A program made the position numbers and the translations under genes. This document shows, in pieces, positions 12,944-24,849 of a stretch of DNA of 64,000 nucleotides (positions are counted from its first letter, which is position 1; the number at the start of each line of letters is the position of its first letter). The notes beneath the pieces were generated by a model that saw nothing but the letters and a program-made list of their open reading frames with translations, was not told where the DNA came from and made no database searches. Source of the DNA: Felis catus (Eukaryota). The DNA is taken from positions 8,618,001-8,682,000 of the forward strand of contig NC_058381.1 of the NCBI RefSeq assembly GCF_018350175.1. Reading direction: 5' to 3'.

Positions 12944-13158
12944 GGGGGCTCCTGGGTGGCTCAGTTGGTTGAGCACCCAGTCTTGGTTTTGGCTCAGGTC
13001 ACCGTCTGGCGGTTTTGTGAGTTCGAGCCCCGCGTCGGGCTCTGCTCTGGCAGCGTGGAGCCTGCTTGAGATTCTCTCTCTCTCCCTCTTTCTCTGGCCT
13101 TCTTCCACTCACGCTGTCTCTGTCTCTCTCACAATAAATAAATAAGCTTCAAAAACAC
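12944..13158 (+). mobile_element. CanSINE
   Basis: TSD atgcaaaa(c/t)aag. Confidence 0.92.
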
Positions 13159-13879
13159 ATGCAAAATAAGATACCTGCACTTCTGAATAGGTACTGTTTG
13201 CATTATGGAACCATGGTGGGTTCGGTTATGGTTTATGATGAAGATAATGATGATGGTCCTAAGCACTAGAATTGATTTTTTAAGATTATGTAAAAAGCAT
13301 GGACGTCAGGATAAATCTCAGGCTTCTCAGTAAAAACATGCAGGGTAATGCGTAGGCTTTAGGATAAAACGTACAGGGTAACGGAACATTTACGGGCGAC
13401 AGTGTGCACGCCTTACCTCCGTGGCTTTGCCGGGAAGTTCTGCCAACTAACCAATGCACTGTCAGAAATGCCCTTTTCATAACTGTTCGCTGTGGCGTGT
13501 CTCACGGAGCCTCAACAGAAGCAGAGTCAGAGGCCAAAGACTTCAGGAGTAGAGCTGGGGTGATTGAAAGTGAGATCAGCTGAAGGTCATGGCTACCTGG
13601 ACTCTGACTCGGGATGGTGCTTCTCATCTCACGAAAAGGATTTCGCTTTACGTACCCTGGCTTGTCTCTGCAGGGGTGCCCCATGAGCGAGCTTCAGAAT
13701 TTTTTTTTAGCAGCCAGAGCTCTTTAAAATTAAATTTTGCACAGATCTTCAATATACAAAGGAGAAACAAGTAGTACTTAACTACTGTTGAATGCTAAAA
13801 ATACCATTAACTATTTATTAGATCAAATTTGTACCACTAATGAAAGAATGAGACTATATTCATAAAAGGAAATATCTCA

Positions 13880-14078
13880 GGGGCGTCTGGGTGGCTCAGT
13901 CAGTTGGGCGTCCGACTCTTGGTTTTGACTTGGGTCATGATTCCAGGGTTGGGGGATCGAGTCCCATGCTGGGCTCTGCACTGAGTGTGGATCCTGCTTA
14001 AGTTTCTCTCTCTCCCTCTGCCCCTCTCCCGTGCTCACGTGTGCTGACTCTCTCTCTAAAAAAAAAAAGAAAAAAAGA
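13880..14078 (+). mobile_element. CanSINE
   Basis: TSD aaaaggaaatat(c/t)tca. Confidence 0.92.
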
Positions 14079-14551
14079 AAAGGAAATATTTCAAATCTGA
14101 AAGTCAAAAGCTGCAATCATACATCAGCTTTAGCAACCACTTTGTCTCCATATTTTGGTTGGTTGTACAGGAGAATCCAAAGTTACATGATTAAGTCATC
14201 GCAAGTGATCAGTTTGATTGTTTATTTTGGAAATCTTGGGTCAAAAAAAATCTCAAGGCCATTTTCAATGAAACTGTCCCAAAGGCTGAATGTGGAGCAG
14301 CAGGAAGTTGAATCACTAACAACACCTACAAGGTATCGCCCATATTCTTTATTTAAAAAAAGACAAAAAAAAGTCAGAGAGTTAGATGACAGGCACCCAA
14401 TGCTTACGCAAAGACATCAATGGTATGGTATTGTCATGACAAGACCTGTTATCAGGCAGCTAATTATAATGGAAGGATTTTCACATGTACATGGTACAGG
14501 AATGTAGTACCTCTCGAGATCTTACCCAAGCGGGCATTCTGGGCTTGTTGC

Positions 14552-14749
14552 TTTTTTTTTTTTTAATTTTTTAAAAAGTGTTTATTCATTTTCCAGAGAC
14601 AGAGAGAGACAGAGACACAGAATCCGAAGCAGGCTCCAGGCTCCGAGCGGTCAGCACAGAGCCCGACCCGGGGCTCGGACTCACGAACTGCGAGATCACG
14701 ACCTGAGCCGAAGTCGGACGCTCAGCCGACTGAGCCACCCAGGCGCCCC
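14552..14749 (-). mobile_element. CanSINE (SINEC_Fc type, shortened linker)
   Basis: Ends gagccacccaggcgcccc. Confidence 0.92.
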
Positions 14750-15380
14750 TTGATTCTCTCTTTATAGTTTAATTCCAAGACATGAGGTGCCTTATGAAAG
14801 GTACGTCTGCAAGTATGTTCCCGTATGAACAGAGAGATGGCAGGAACTACGTCATGCAGAATAACGAAGAGACACAGGAGCACAAATTCACGCGCCGCTC
14901 TCCATTTTGCCGGATTTGGCACAGAGTCGTTTTGAGCTTGCGAAGGGCTTTTTAAATCATTGGAAGTGATTCCAAATCATTAAACAATGTAAACCCACAT
15001 CACATGCTTGCAAAAGAGCCTCCGTAAAACACAAGTTGGAAGAGCGTCTGGCCAGAAGCCGTTGGTAATTGAGTGAAAAATCTCAAGGCCAGAATCATCT
15101 CGCGGGCTGCCTTGTCAGGGGCTGCAGGAGCTGTCTTCAGCTCTCACCATTTTGCACAACTCATAGGAAAAGGTCTCAGGCAAGACCCACAGAGAAAAAT
15201 GCATCAAGAAGTGAGGTGACTTTTTTTTTTAAAGGGTGGGACTTCAAGGAGGTGGCCTTAAGTGCATTTGATTGACTGTCCCTCGCCAGGAGTCCAAAGC
15301 ACTGGCCCAACCAGTATGAGGAGCTCCGCTCTGACTCCCGATCTACCACCGTCATTTTGGATAAGCAGGCTTTCTTTCTC

Positions 15381-15524
15381 TCTTTTTTTCTAAAGTTATC
15401 CGAGCAGCCTCCACACTGTCAGCCTAGTGTCGGTTGCCAGGCTTGAACTCATGAACCAAGAGATCATAAATTGCGCCGAAATCAAGAGTTGGATGCGTAA
15501 CCGACTGAGCCGGCCAGGCGCCCC
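15381..15524 (-). mobile_element. CanSINE, partial
   Basis: tRNA-like head present, CT linker missing. Confidence 0.8.
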
Positions 15525-16144
15525 AAGAGTGCTTTCTGAACTCATCATCGGGGTCATTCAAACAACTTACTGCTTTGGTTAGGGTCCCCACAAGCAAAGC
15601 CTGGGTTGAGGAAGTTTATGGGGGAGGGGATTTCAACAAGCCAGAATGAGAAAGCAGGACAGGTCACATGAAGACCAATATGGGACAGGTAAGGGGAGAG
15701 ACTAAGTCCGCCAGGACCTTCCGGGACACATACAAACATACAGGCAGGGACTGGAACCTTTATCCACCAGCTTCTACCCCCTCAGCACAGGAAGATTGTC
15801 TCCAGGGATGTTTGCATAGGTGTGATGTGGCCGCACCTGCCGATAATAATAAATAAATATAACGCACCAGAGAAGGATCCAGAGAAAGCCCTCCCTTAGT
15901 GCACTGGGGAGTGATAAAACTGAGTTTGGTCAGAAATCTGTGCATCGGAGCGTGGCTGGAATCAGTGGGTGGGGGAGGGGGAAGGAGTTGTTCTGGGGGC
16001 AGGAGACAACTGCTGTCTGTTACATCACCCCATTCTACATGGGTTCTAGAGAATCCCATGAGCCGATCAGCTGGGAACACCCATTACAGTCACTCATCAG
16101 TCACCGAGCCTGTTTCGTTTTTGGTAGTTCCCGACAGAGGAACC

Positions 16145-16380
16145 CACTCACTCACGCAACCATTCATTCATTCTGTAGCTACGTTGTATATGTCTGCGGC
16201 GAGCCTGGCACTGTTCTAGGCGCTAAGGCTACGGCAGTTCATAAAACAGAAAAAAACCCTGCGTTGAGGACGAAGACAGGCAAAGAAACGAACGCATGAA
16301 ATACATAGTTTGGCATAAATCCGAGGGAGAAAAATAAAGCAGAGAGGAGTTCAGAGAATGCCAAAAGAGTGTTCCAGGAA
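16145..16380 (-). mobile_element. L2 3' end fragment
   Basis: cattcattcattc...cctggcactgttctaggcgctaagg. Confidence 0.65.
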
Positions 16381-17004
16381 AGCCGGAAGATGAACGGAAG
16401 AGACCCAGTAAATTCATCAAGCTCAAATCTGCCTCGCGTGGCACATTACCCTCCTCTGGCCGCCTCTCGGAAAACCAGGGAACAAGTTTATGGAAAGGCG
16501 TAACTCTTTGTGCGTTGTCTTATATAAGGACATTAGCTTATATTCGGGCAGATTCCGCCCACAGGAGTGGACGCAATCTTCAGTGCGAATCCAAGGCGCG
16601 GATTCTCCAGGGGGAAATGAGTCGAGAGATTCAACACATGCTTACTTGCGACTTCAGCCACCTGAATCGTTCCCGCTTTCTTCAAATTGCGGATTTCAGC
16701 TTCGTGGATGGTATGCCCGCATCCTGCAGAAATAAGGATCTCGTACATTAATCAATTATCAGTAAACACAGAGCTCTCGCTCTGTGCTCGGGTCAAGCCT
16801 GGCGCCCGGTCTCACGGAAGTCACGGTTCCACTGTGGCTTTGGCTATGACCGATGCTCGCAAAGTAACAGCACAAGGTACCGATGAGAGCACGGGGTTCG
16901 GCGCCGATTAAAAATGCTAAAAGGTTTGAAGAAAGGCAGGCGCTATAACAAAGACTTCTCAAAGCAGCTGGATTGCGAAAAGGATCTTAAAGATAGGGCA
17001 ATTT

Positions 17005-17172
17005 GGGGGCGCCTGGGTGGCTCAGTCTGTTAAGCATCCGACTTCGGCTCAGGTCATGATCTCATGATTCACGAGTTTGAGCCCCGCGTTGGGGTCTGTG
17101 CTGACAGCTCGGAGCCCAGAGCCTGCTTCAAATGCTGCATCTCCCTCTCTCTCTGCCCCTCTCCGGCTTGCA

Positions 17173-17205
<33 letters not shown>

Positions 17206-17240
17206 AAAAATAATGAATAAACATTGAAAAAAAAATTTTT
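17005..17240 (+). mobile_element. CanSINE
   Basis: ggggcgcctgggtggctcag head, (CT)n linker, A tail. Confidence 0.93.
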
Positions 17241-17468
17241 AAGTGGGTTATTTTCTGATTATAAATGCCATTTCGTTTAGCCAGTAACTGTGAACTGTTA
17301 AGTATTTGCAATTTACTTGCCTCTTACAACAGTCACATGTGTCACTGGCAACAATATTCAAATATCAAAGATGTAAAAGACTCCAATAAGTTCAAATCTC
17401 CCCCCACAAAGGCAGTGTATGGTATTTTTATATATTATTATAGGTTGAATTCTCTATTAATTCTGGTA

Positions 17469-17670
17469 TTTAGTTATTTTTATTTTTATTTTATTTTATT
17501 TTTTAGTTTTTAGAGAGAGAGGGCGAGCGGGGTAGGGGCAGGGAAAGTGGGGGACAGAGGATCCGGAGCGGGCTCCGTGCTGACATCAGCGAGCCCGACG
17601 CGGGGCTAGAACTCATGAACCGTGAGATCGTGACCCTCGCTGAAGTCAGGTTGAGCCACCCAGGCCGCCC
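17469..17670 (-). mobile_element. CanSINE
   Basis: TSD ttaattctggt. Confidence 0.9.
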
Positions 17671-18822
17671 TTAATTCTGGTTTTGAAGTAAGTCTTGTTA
17701 TCTTGCTGTTACACCTTGTTTCTTTTCCTTTTTTCTTTTTTGCGATTTTTTTTTTTAATTCTAGTTAGTTGACACACAGTGCGATATTGGTAATTGAAAC
17801 ATACCAGCCTCTGTCCCCAGACTTCCGACCTTAGAGAAAGTGACTCGGGTTTAAGTGACCACGTGGCAGGAACGCGTTGACATTCGTAAAAGGAACGTCA
17901 GTAGGGAGAATACAGGGTTGTTTTCTCAGACGGAAACACGCTATGATGAAGGACAAAACGTGGGTCGGGCGAAAGAGATTCGTAGGCTTTACTGACACCC
18001 CCTTTGTGCCACTCACCTCCCTAAGCACTGTGGCTGCAGAAGCGAACACAATAGACAGTCCCATGAAGGTGAAGTTTAATTTCTATGGGGAGACAAGCAA
18101 ACCGATGAACAAGCATGAGGACGACGGGTGGTGATCACATAATGAAGGAAACAATCAGTGGAGGAAACAGAGGGTGTGAAGGCAGCCTCTTGAGAACACG
18201 CGCTCAGAAACAGTTCCTTGGAGCTGAGCCCCGAAGGATAGGAACCAGTCTGGAGCCCCTAAAAGGGTGCTCTTTCACACAAACGAGTCAAAATCCCAGC
18301 AGATAATAGGGTCCAACGCCGATGGCTCCAAGGACTTCAGTACAACGACCTCTCCCAGAAGTGGGGGCAGATTTAAGAAAAGCCCTGAAGGATGCCCTTA
18401 ATGTCCTCACTCAGAGATGAGCGAAAGCGGGGAGCTGTCACCTCCTAAAGTGTGAAGGGACAAGAGGAGAGGGGAGCGGTATTACCGAATCGTGGAGGGG
18501 GCCGGAGCCACGGAGAAGAGGCCGTGTGGCAGGAGCGCTGATTTTGGAGGGGGCAGGGGGAACACAGGTAGAGGTTCCCCTCTCCTGACCTCAATCTCCG
18601 GCCCGTGCCTTCCACTGGCCGATCCAACCAGGAGCCAGCTGGCAGGAACGTTAAGAGGACAGAGTCACGGGAGGGCAGGCTCCCAGGCTGTGGAGCAGAG
18701 CATACAGAATAAGGAATAGACCCCTCTCCCAGACGCCGAGGTCATGCTTTCCCCCTTTACCTCAAAAGCCCCTTACCTGGGGTACAGTCGCTTTGGAAAT
18801 GAGCTCAACCGTTTCCTACAAA

Positions 18823-19058
18823 TTTTTTTTTGTTTTTTTTTAAATTTTTTTTTGTCAACGTTTATTTATTTTTGGGACAGAGAGAGACAGAGCATGAACG
18901 GGGGAGGGGCAGAGAGAGAGGGAGACACAGAATCGGAAACAGGCTCCAGGCTCCGAGCCATCAGCCCAGAGCCTGACGCGGGGCTCGAACTCACGGCCCG
19001 CGAGATCGTGACCTGGCTGAAGTCAGACGCTTAACCGACTGCGCCACCCAGGCGCCCC
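18823..19058 (-). mobile_element. Young felid SINEC_Fc
   Basis: Near-consensus; TSD gtttcctacaaattt. Confidence 0.97.
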
Positions 19059-19362
19059 GTTTCCTACAAATTTAAACACACGTTTACCACATGACCCATT
19101 GATCCTATGCCCAAGTAGTTACCCAAGAAAGGTGAAAAGTCACGCTAAACCCGTGCACGAAGGTTTAGAGTGCCTTTCTTCGGAATTCTCCCAAACTGGA
19201 AGTGACCCAAATCCATACGATGGCATTCTACTCAGTAATTAAAAAAAAAAAAAAAAAAAAAAGAATGAGTCGCTGATACATGTAAAACATAGAAAACGTA
19301 GATGAACTTCAGATGTGTTCTGTTAAGTGCGAAAAGCCAGACTTAAAAGGCTGGCTACATTA

Positions 19363-20118
19363 TTTTTTTTTATGGCTGAATAATATTCTATCATATATAT
19401 ATGATATATTCTATCACATAGAATATATATAGATAGATATAGAGATATACAGATAGATAAGATAGATATACAGATAGATATATAAATAGATAGATAGATA
19501 GATGTGTGTGTTTTTTATTTTAGCCATTCTGACAGGCGTGAAGTGATCTCTCATTGTGGTTCGGATTTGCTCGTCCCTGATGATGAGGGCTATTGAGCGT
19601 CTTTTCATGTGTCTGTTGGCCGTCTGGGTGTCTTCTTTGCAGAAATGGAATAGTATTCAGCCATAAAAAAGAACAGGATCTTGCCATTTGCAGCGGCTTG
19701 GATGGAGCGAGAGAGTGTAAGCCTCAGGGAAATACGTCGATCAGAGAGAAATAAACACCATATGATTTCACTCGTATGTGGAATTCAAGAAACAAAACAA
19801 AGGAGAAAGGAAAAGAAAGAGACAAGCCCAAACATGGACTCTTAACCGTAGACTCTTAATGCACAGATGGTTACCAGAAGGAAGGAGGGTGGCCAGATGG
19901 GTGAAATATGTGAAGGGGATTAAGAGTACACTTATCTTGATGAGCACTGAGTAATGCACACAATTCTTGAATCAACCTGAAGCTCATATAACGTTGTATG
20001 TTATATCGTATGCTAGTATAATATAGTGGCGATATACTAGTAATATACTAATATAGTAGTATATAGTAATATACTATACCATAATATAGTATGCTATACT
20101 AGAATTAAAATTGAAAAC
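19363..20118 (+). mobile_element. Carnivore-type L1 with 5' inversion (antisense ~19363-19647, sense ~19644-20118)
   Basis: Antisense ttagccattctgacaggcgtgaagtgatctctcattgtgg joined to sense 3' end aatggaatagtattcagccataaaaaag... Confidence 0.85.
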
Positions 20119-21699
20119 ACCACTAAACCACATGCTCTATAAAACAATACGACATTCTGGAAAAGGCAAACTGTAAGTACAGAAATCACATCAGTGGCTG
20201 GCAGGGCCTGGGGCGGGGAGAAGGGTTGGCTATAAAGGATGCAACAGAATTGGGGCGGGGGGAATGACAAAGCTTCTTATATATCAATTGTAGCGGTGAC
20301 AAGTGGCTACGTGCTCGTCAAAATGCATGGAACTCTATACTGAAAGGGGCGACTCTTACCATTATATAAATAATCAATCCCTCAAGGAACCTGATTTAGC
20401 AACAGAAACAGCCGTCCCCACATCCCCGGTTTCGATGCAGAGACCACGGCTAAAATAGAATACATCTTGGGAGAAGTGCTTTATATTCTCACCAGGAGGT
20501 TCTCGAAACCCACCTGTGTCCATAATTTCACCTCCGTCGTCCCTCCTGGTGTTCAAAGGGAAGAAATAACTTCCGGCTGCTTTGAAAGGGAAATGTTTCC
20601 TCGGGGGTTCAACATCCTTCCTGTCTCCACTCCCCCCATTAGCCCTTCTTGTCCTCCTCAGCTCAGTATTCCTTTCACCAACTGATTTCCTTCCACATGC
20701 GGAAATCCGGGCTCTCCCTTCGTGCCACGACCCGCTCCAATTTCCGCCCCGCCCCTCTGCCCCTTCACTACAAAATACCCTAAGAGGTGACCTACACAAG
20801 CCTTCTCCACAGCCTCGCTTCGAATTCACTCTTTAAAATGATTCTGAAGGTTTTCACACGTGAAGAAAATGCCAAACAATAACCCAACAAGCCCCATGGT
20901 TTCCGAACCCAAACTCAACAGATGTTAGCACTTTGCTACATCTGCTCAAGGGGATCTTTAAAAACCACCACCACCCCCAAAAACAACAACAGAAAACACA
21001 TCACCTGCAGAATGGAACTTCCCAGTTCTGTTACTCTCACGCCGCCGAGGAAACCTCTATTCTAAGTGTGATAAGTATCATTTCCTCGATGGGTTTATAT
21101 TTTACGGCATCTACATGTGTCCATAAATGATATGTAGCGTTGTACAGTGTATATTTCAACCTTATACAACTGATAATATACTGTACGTACCCTTGTGATT
21201 TACATCTTTAATGGCTTCTGCCTCGCATCTTCCCTCGTGTTTTGTTTTGTTTTTTCCCTTTATTGTTGGACGACGTTCTTCCCTAATGCTTTCAAAATAA
21301 TCTGTGGCCAAGAACTTTATAATTTCTGGCATGTCAGAAACATTCCATATTGTCTACGCACTTAAATTATAGTGTTTCTGGACACCGAATTATGTTAGGA
21401 AGCTATTTATCCCACACGATTGAATGTATGGCCCAACTCCCTCTCTGCCTCCGGGGCAGCCAAAGCTACTCAGCATCCAGTTCTGGTTTGTTACAACAGC
21501 GCCCCATCGGGCCTTTCTCGGGATTAGAGATTTTCCTCTCTGCCCTTGCCATTCTGAAATTCCACTTGCCCAGGTGATAGTCTTTCCCCACATTATCCTG
21601 TTCTTGACATTCGAAGACGTGCCCTTCTTTCATTTGGGAAAAGGTTCACCCTCTCCTTGCCTGAGGATTTCTTCCCCCCGCATTCTCACTGTTCACTTC

Positions 21700-21927
21700 T
21701 TTTTTTTTTTTTTTAAATTTTTTTAACGTTTATTTATTCTTGAGACAGAGAGAGACAGAGCATGAACGGGGGAGGGGCAGAGAGAGAGGGAGACACAGAA
21801 TCGGAAGCAGGCTCCAGGCTCTGAGCCATCAGCCCAGAGCCTGATGCGGGGCTCGAACTCACAGACCGCGAGATCGTGACCCGGGCTGAAGTCGGACGCT
21901 CAACCGACTGAGCCATCCAGGCGCCCC
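21700..21927 (-). mobile_element. Felid SINEC_Fc
   Basis: TSD tcactgttcacttctt. Confidence 0.96.
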
Positions 21928-22141
21928 TCACTGTTCACTTCTTCTGAAACTCCTATTAGGTCCACCCTGGACCTTCTCCATCTGTCTTCCATTTTCTACT
22001 GTTCTACCGGAAGTTTGATCCTCTCCACGTTGTTGTGTTTGGTGAGAATTGTTTGATGCCCGTCTCTATTTTCGCTGATTTTGCTTTCCAGCCCATCTAT
22101 TATGCTGAGGGTCTATGTTTTGTGGTGTTGTGGGTTTTGGG

Positions 22142-22240
22142 TTTTTTTTTTTAAGTTTTTATTTAAATTCCGGTTCGTTAACATGCGGTGTGATCTTAGT
22201 TTCAGGTGTATAATGTTAGTGATTCAACACTTCCATACCT
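22142..22240 (-). mobile_element. Short 5'-truncated carnivore L1 3' end
   Basis: aagtttttatttaaattccgg...gtttcaggtgtataat...gattcaacacttccatac is the reverse complement of the L1_Carn-type terminus. Confidence 0.8.
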
Positions 22241-22796
22241 GGTGCTTTCTGTTTTGCTTTTCAATTTTGACAATCAGGCTCAATTCCGAGATCTTCATGA
22301 GCAGAATGTTCTCCTGCACTTCTCTGGGGACTGTTGTTCTCTTCCTGTTGGGGTAACCCTGTTTTCTCCGCACTAGGTAGCTGGCTCTCCCTCTCGGGAT
22401 ATGAGCGTTCCGTAAGTGTGTGATTGTCCCCAAGTCTCTATGCAAATGCCCGAGCTCAGCCTTCTTTGTGAGGGGAAATGATGGGACCCACTGCCCCCTG
22501 GAAGGTTCCAGGGATGGTTCTTCCCCATGCAGATGCTCTCTGTCGGTTCTGGGTGTTACCACCATCTAGGCACCGGGCACTCTCTCTCCTTGGCACTCCG
22601 GGACATATCTTCCTGTCCTCACTCCCTCACCCGAAGTTCTGTGTGTTGGCGGAGGTGGTGATGCCGGATGCGGAAGGGATACCCCCTTGGCTCTTTCATT
22701 CTATCCCCCACAGTCCTGGTACTCTTGATGTCCAAACCTCCGGATTGCCCCTTCCGCGTGCCACTGTTCTACCATGTTTAGAAACGTGACTCTCCA

Positions 22797-23021
22797 GGGG
22801 CGCCTGGGTGGCTCAGTCAGTTACACGTCCGACTTCAGCTCAGGTCACCATCTCGAATTTCAAGAGTTCGAGCCCCGGCATCGGGCTCTGCGCTGACCGC
22901 TCGGAGCCTGGAGCCTGCTTTGGGTTCTGTGCCTCCCTCTCTCTCTCTGCCTCTCCCCCACTCATGCCCTCTTTCTCTCTCTCTCTCTGTCTCTCTCGAA
23001 AATAAATAACCAGTTTTTTTT
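22797..23021 (+). mobile_element. CanSINE
   Basis: Full body; diverged TSD aaacgtgactctcc/aaatatggctctcc. Confidence 0.92.
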
Positions 23022-23331
23022 AAATATGGCTCTCCTGTCCAAACTGAACTCACCTGCTTTTTTTTTTTTTTTACACCTTTCAGGGATTCAACATAACTTA
23101 TGCCAAAAAGCTCACCAGTTTCGTTTCACTTTCCAAACTATTAGGGATTGGGCAACCTTTTGCTCTAATGCCTAGAGATTGGGACAAGAGGGAAAGGCCT
23201 GAAGCATGTGCTCATTCTATCATCTTGAATCATAATTCTGTATATTAACTTTATGACACCTCCACAACTTGCTCTATTAAAGTAAAAGGATTTTTTTTCT
23301 CTTGAATCATTTTAGCATACCCTCGTGAGGA

Positions 23332-23388
23332 ATGTGTGTGTGTGTGTGTGCGTGTGTGTGTATGCGTATGTGTGCATGTGTGTGTGTA
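23332..23388. repeat. (TG)n microsatellite, imperfect
   Basis: Seen directly. Confidence 0.95.
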
Positions 23389-24074
23389 TCTTATCTTTCA
23401 CATTTCTTGGTTAGCACTTCCAGAACTATTTAGCATTGCAGTGCTCACGGTGGGTGGCCTGCCCAACCCCCTCATGTTACTAGCAACTCTGTCCCCCCTC
23501 CTCATTATCCAAAATGGAAACCCCAGGCATCTTCACCCCTGAACACAGTTGGTCAGACTGCTGAAGGACCCGAACAAGTTGCACGAATCAGAGCCTCTGT
23601 TCCAGAAATTTGAAAAAAACAATCACACAGACACACAGTTAAAGCTCCCATAAGTGAAATGAAGATCAACGTCAAGGAGCTGGAAGAGGCTGAGTTCTGA
23701 AGGATGATACCTTGCTGGAAAATGGAGTTGTGGTCTAGGTTGGAAGGAGACATGTGAGGGCCTTGAGAAGGAGACAACCTACCACAGTGGAGGGGCTGGC
23801 TGAGGGTCCGAGGTCTAGAGGGTAGAGCCCCGGGGAGAATGCTTTTCTTCTCCTCCTTTTCCTTTCCCTCCTCATCTCCATTGCTACGTCTGTACCCTAC
23901 GCGACTCCAAGTAACTTACAGACGCCAACCCACTGAGGTGAGGAAGGAAAGCTGGGGAGGAGCCATCCCCAGCAGGATGGAGAAGCCATCTTAATGATTG
24001 TGGTTCCCATCCTGAGAATAGAAGGGAGTCAATAAAGTTACAAAGAACAGTAGCATGAACAGATGTGCAGATTA

Positions 24075-24297
24075 GGGGCCCCCGGGTGGCTCAGCCGGTT
24101 GAGCGTCCGACTTTGGCTCAGGTCATGATCTCCGGGTTCGTGGGTTCAAGCTCCACATCGGGCTCCGTGCTGACGGCTCGGAGCCTGGCGCCTGCTTCGG
24201 GTTCTGTGTCTCCTTATCTCTCTGCCCCTACCCCGCTCGTGCTTTGTCTCACTCTGTCTCTCAAAAATAAATACATGAAAAAAAATTTTTTTTTCTT
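24075..24297 (+). mobile_element. CanSINE
   Basis: TSD agatgtgcag. Confidence 0.93.
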
Positions 24298-24633
24298 AAA
24301 GATGTGCAGGTGAAAGGAACATTTTGACCCGATGGCAGAGAATAGGAAGAAGTTCAGTGGGAGAACATGTTTATGGTAAGTCAGGAATGTGAATGAATCC
24401 TACCAGAATGTCTTTTGGGACCTAACTGAGATGATTTTTTGTCCCCTTTGGTTAGTAACATATTAAAAATACATACATATTTTGTAAATCTAGAGGAAAA
24501 CCTACTTGGTCATGTGGGATATTTTATTTACTGAAAGAACCTCTTTCTCCAGTTTCACCTTGAAGGTTAACCTAACTTTTGAAGCAGATTAGGTTAGCTT
24601 TCCTTCTTTACCTCTGCCCAGAAGCAATTTAAA

Positions 24634-24849
24634 TTTTTTTTCTTAACGTTTTTATTTATTTTTGACACAGAGAGAGACAGAGCATGAATGGGGGAGGGGC
24701 AGAGAGAGAGGGAGACACAGAATCGGAAGCAGGCTCCAGGCTCTGAGCCATCAGCCCAGAGCCCGACGCAGGGCTCCAACTCACGAACCGTGAGATCGTG
24801 ACCTGAGCCAAAGTCGGACGTTCAACCGACTGAGCCACCCAGGCACCCC
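24634..24849 (-). mobile_element. Felid SINEC_Fc
   Basis: TSD cagaagcaatttaaa. Confidence 0.95.

Larger units (their letters stand above)
18770..20375 (+). mobile_element. Ancient L1M 3' region (host element), interrupted by a SINE and a younger L1
   Basis: ggtacagtcgctttggaaa...catgacccattga...aaaagccag...aaaagg, resumes at gacattctggaaaaggcaaa (~20150). Confidence 0.75.

Noticed and set aside
14031-14507. 158-aa ORF
   Set aside because: Starts inside a SINE tail (poly-K from the A tract); no homology recognised
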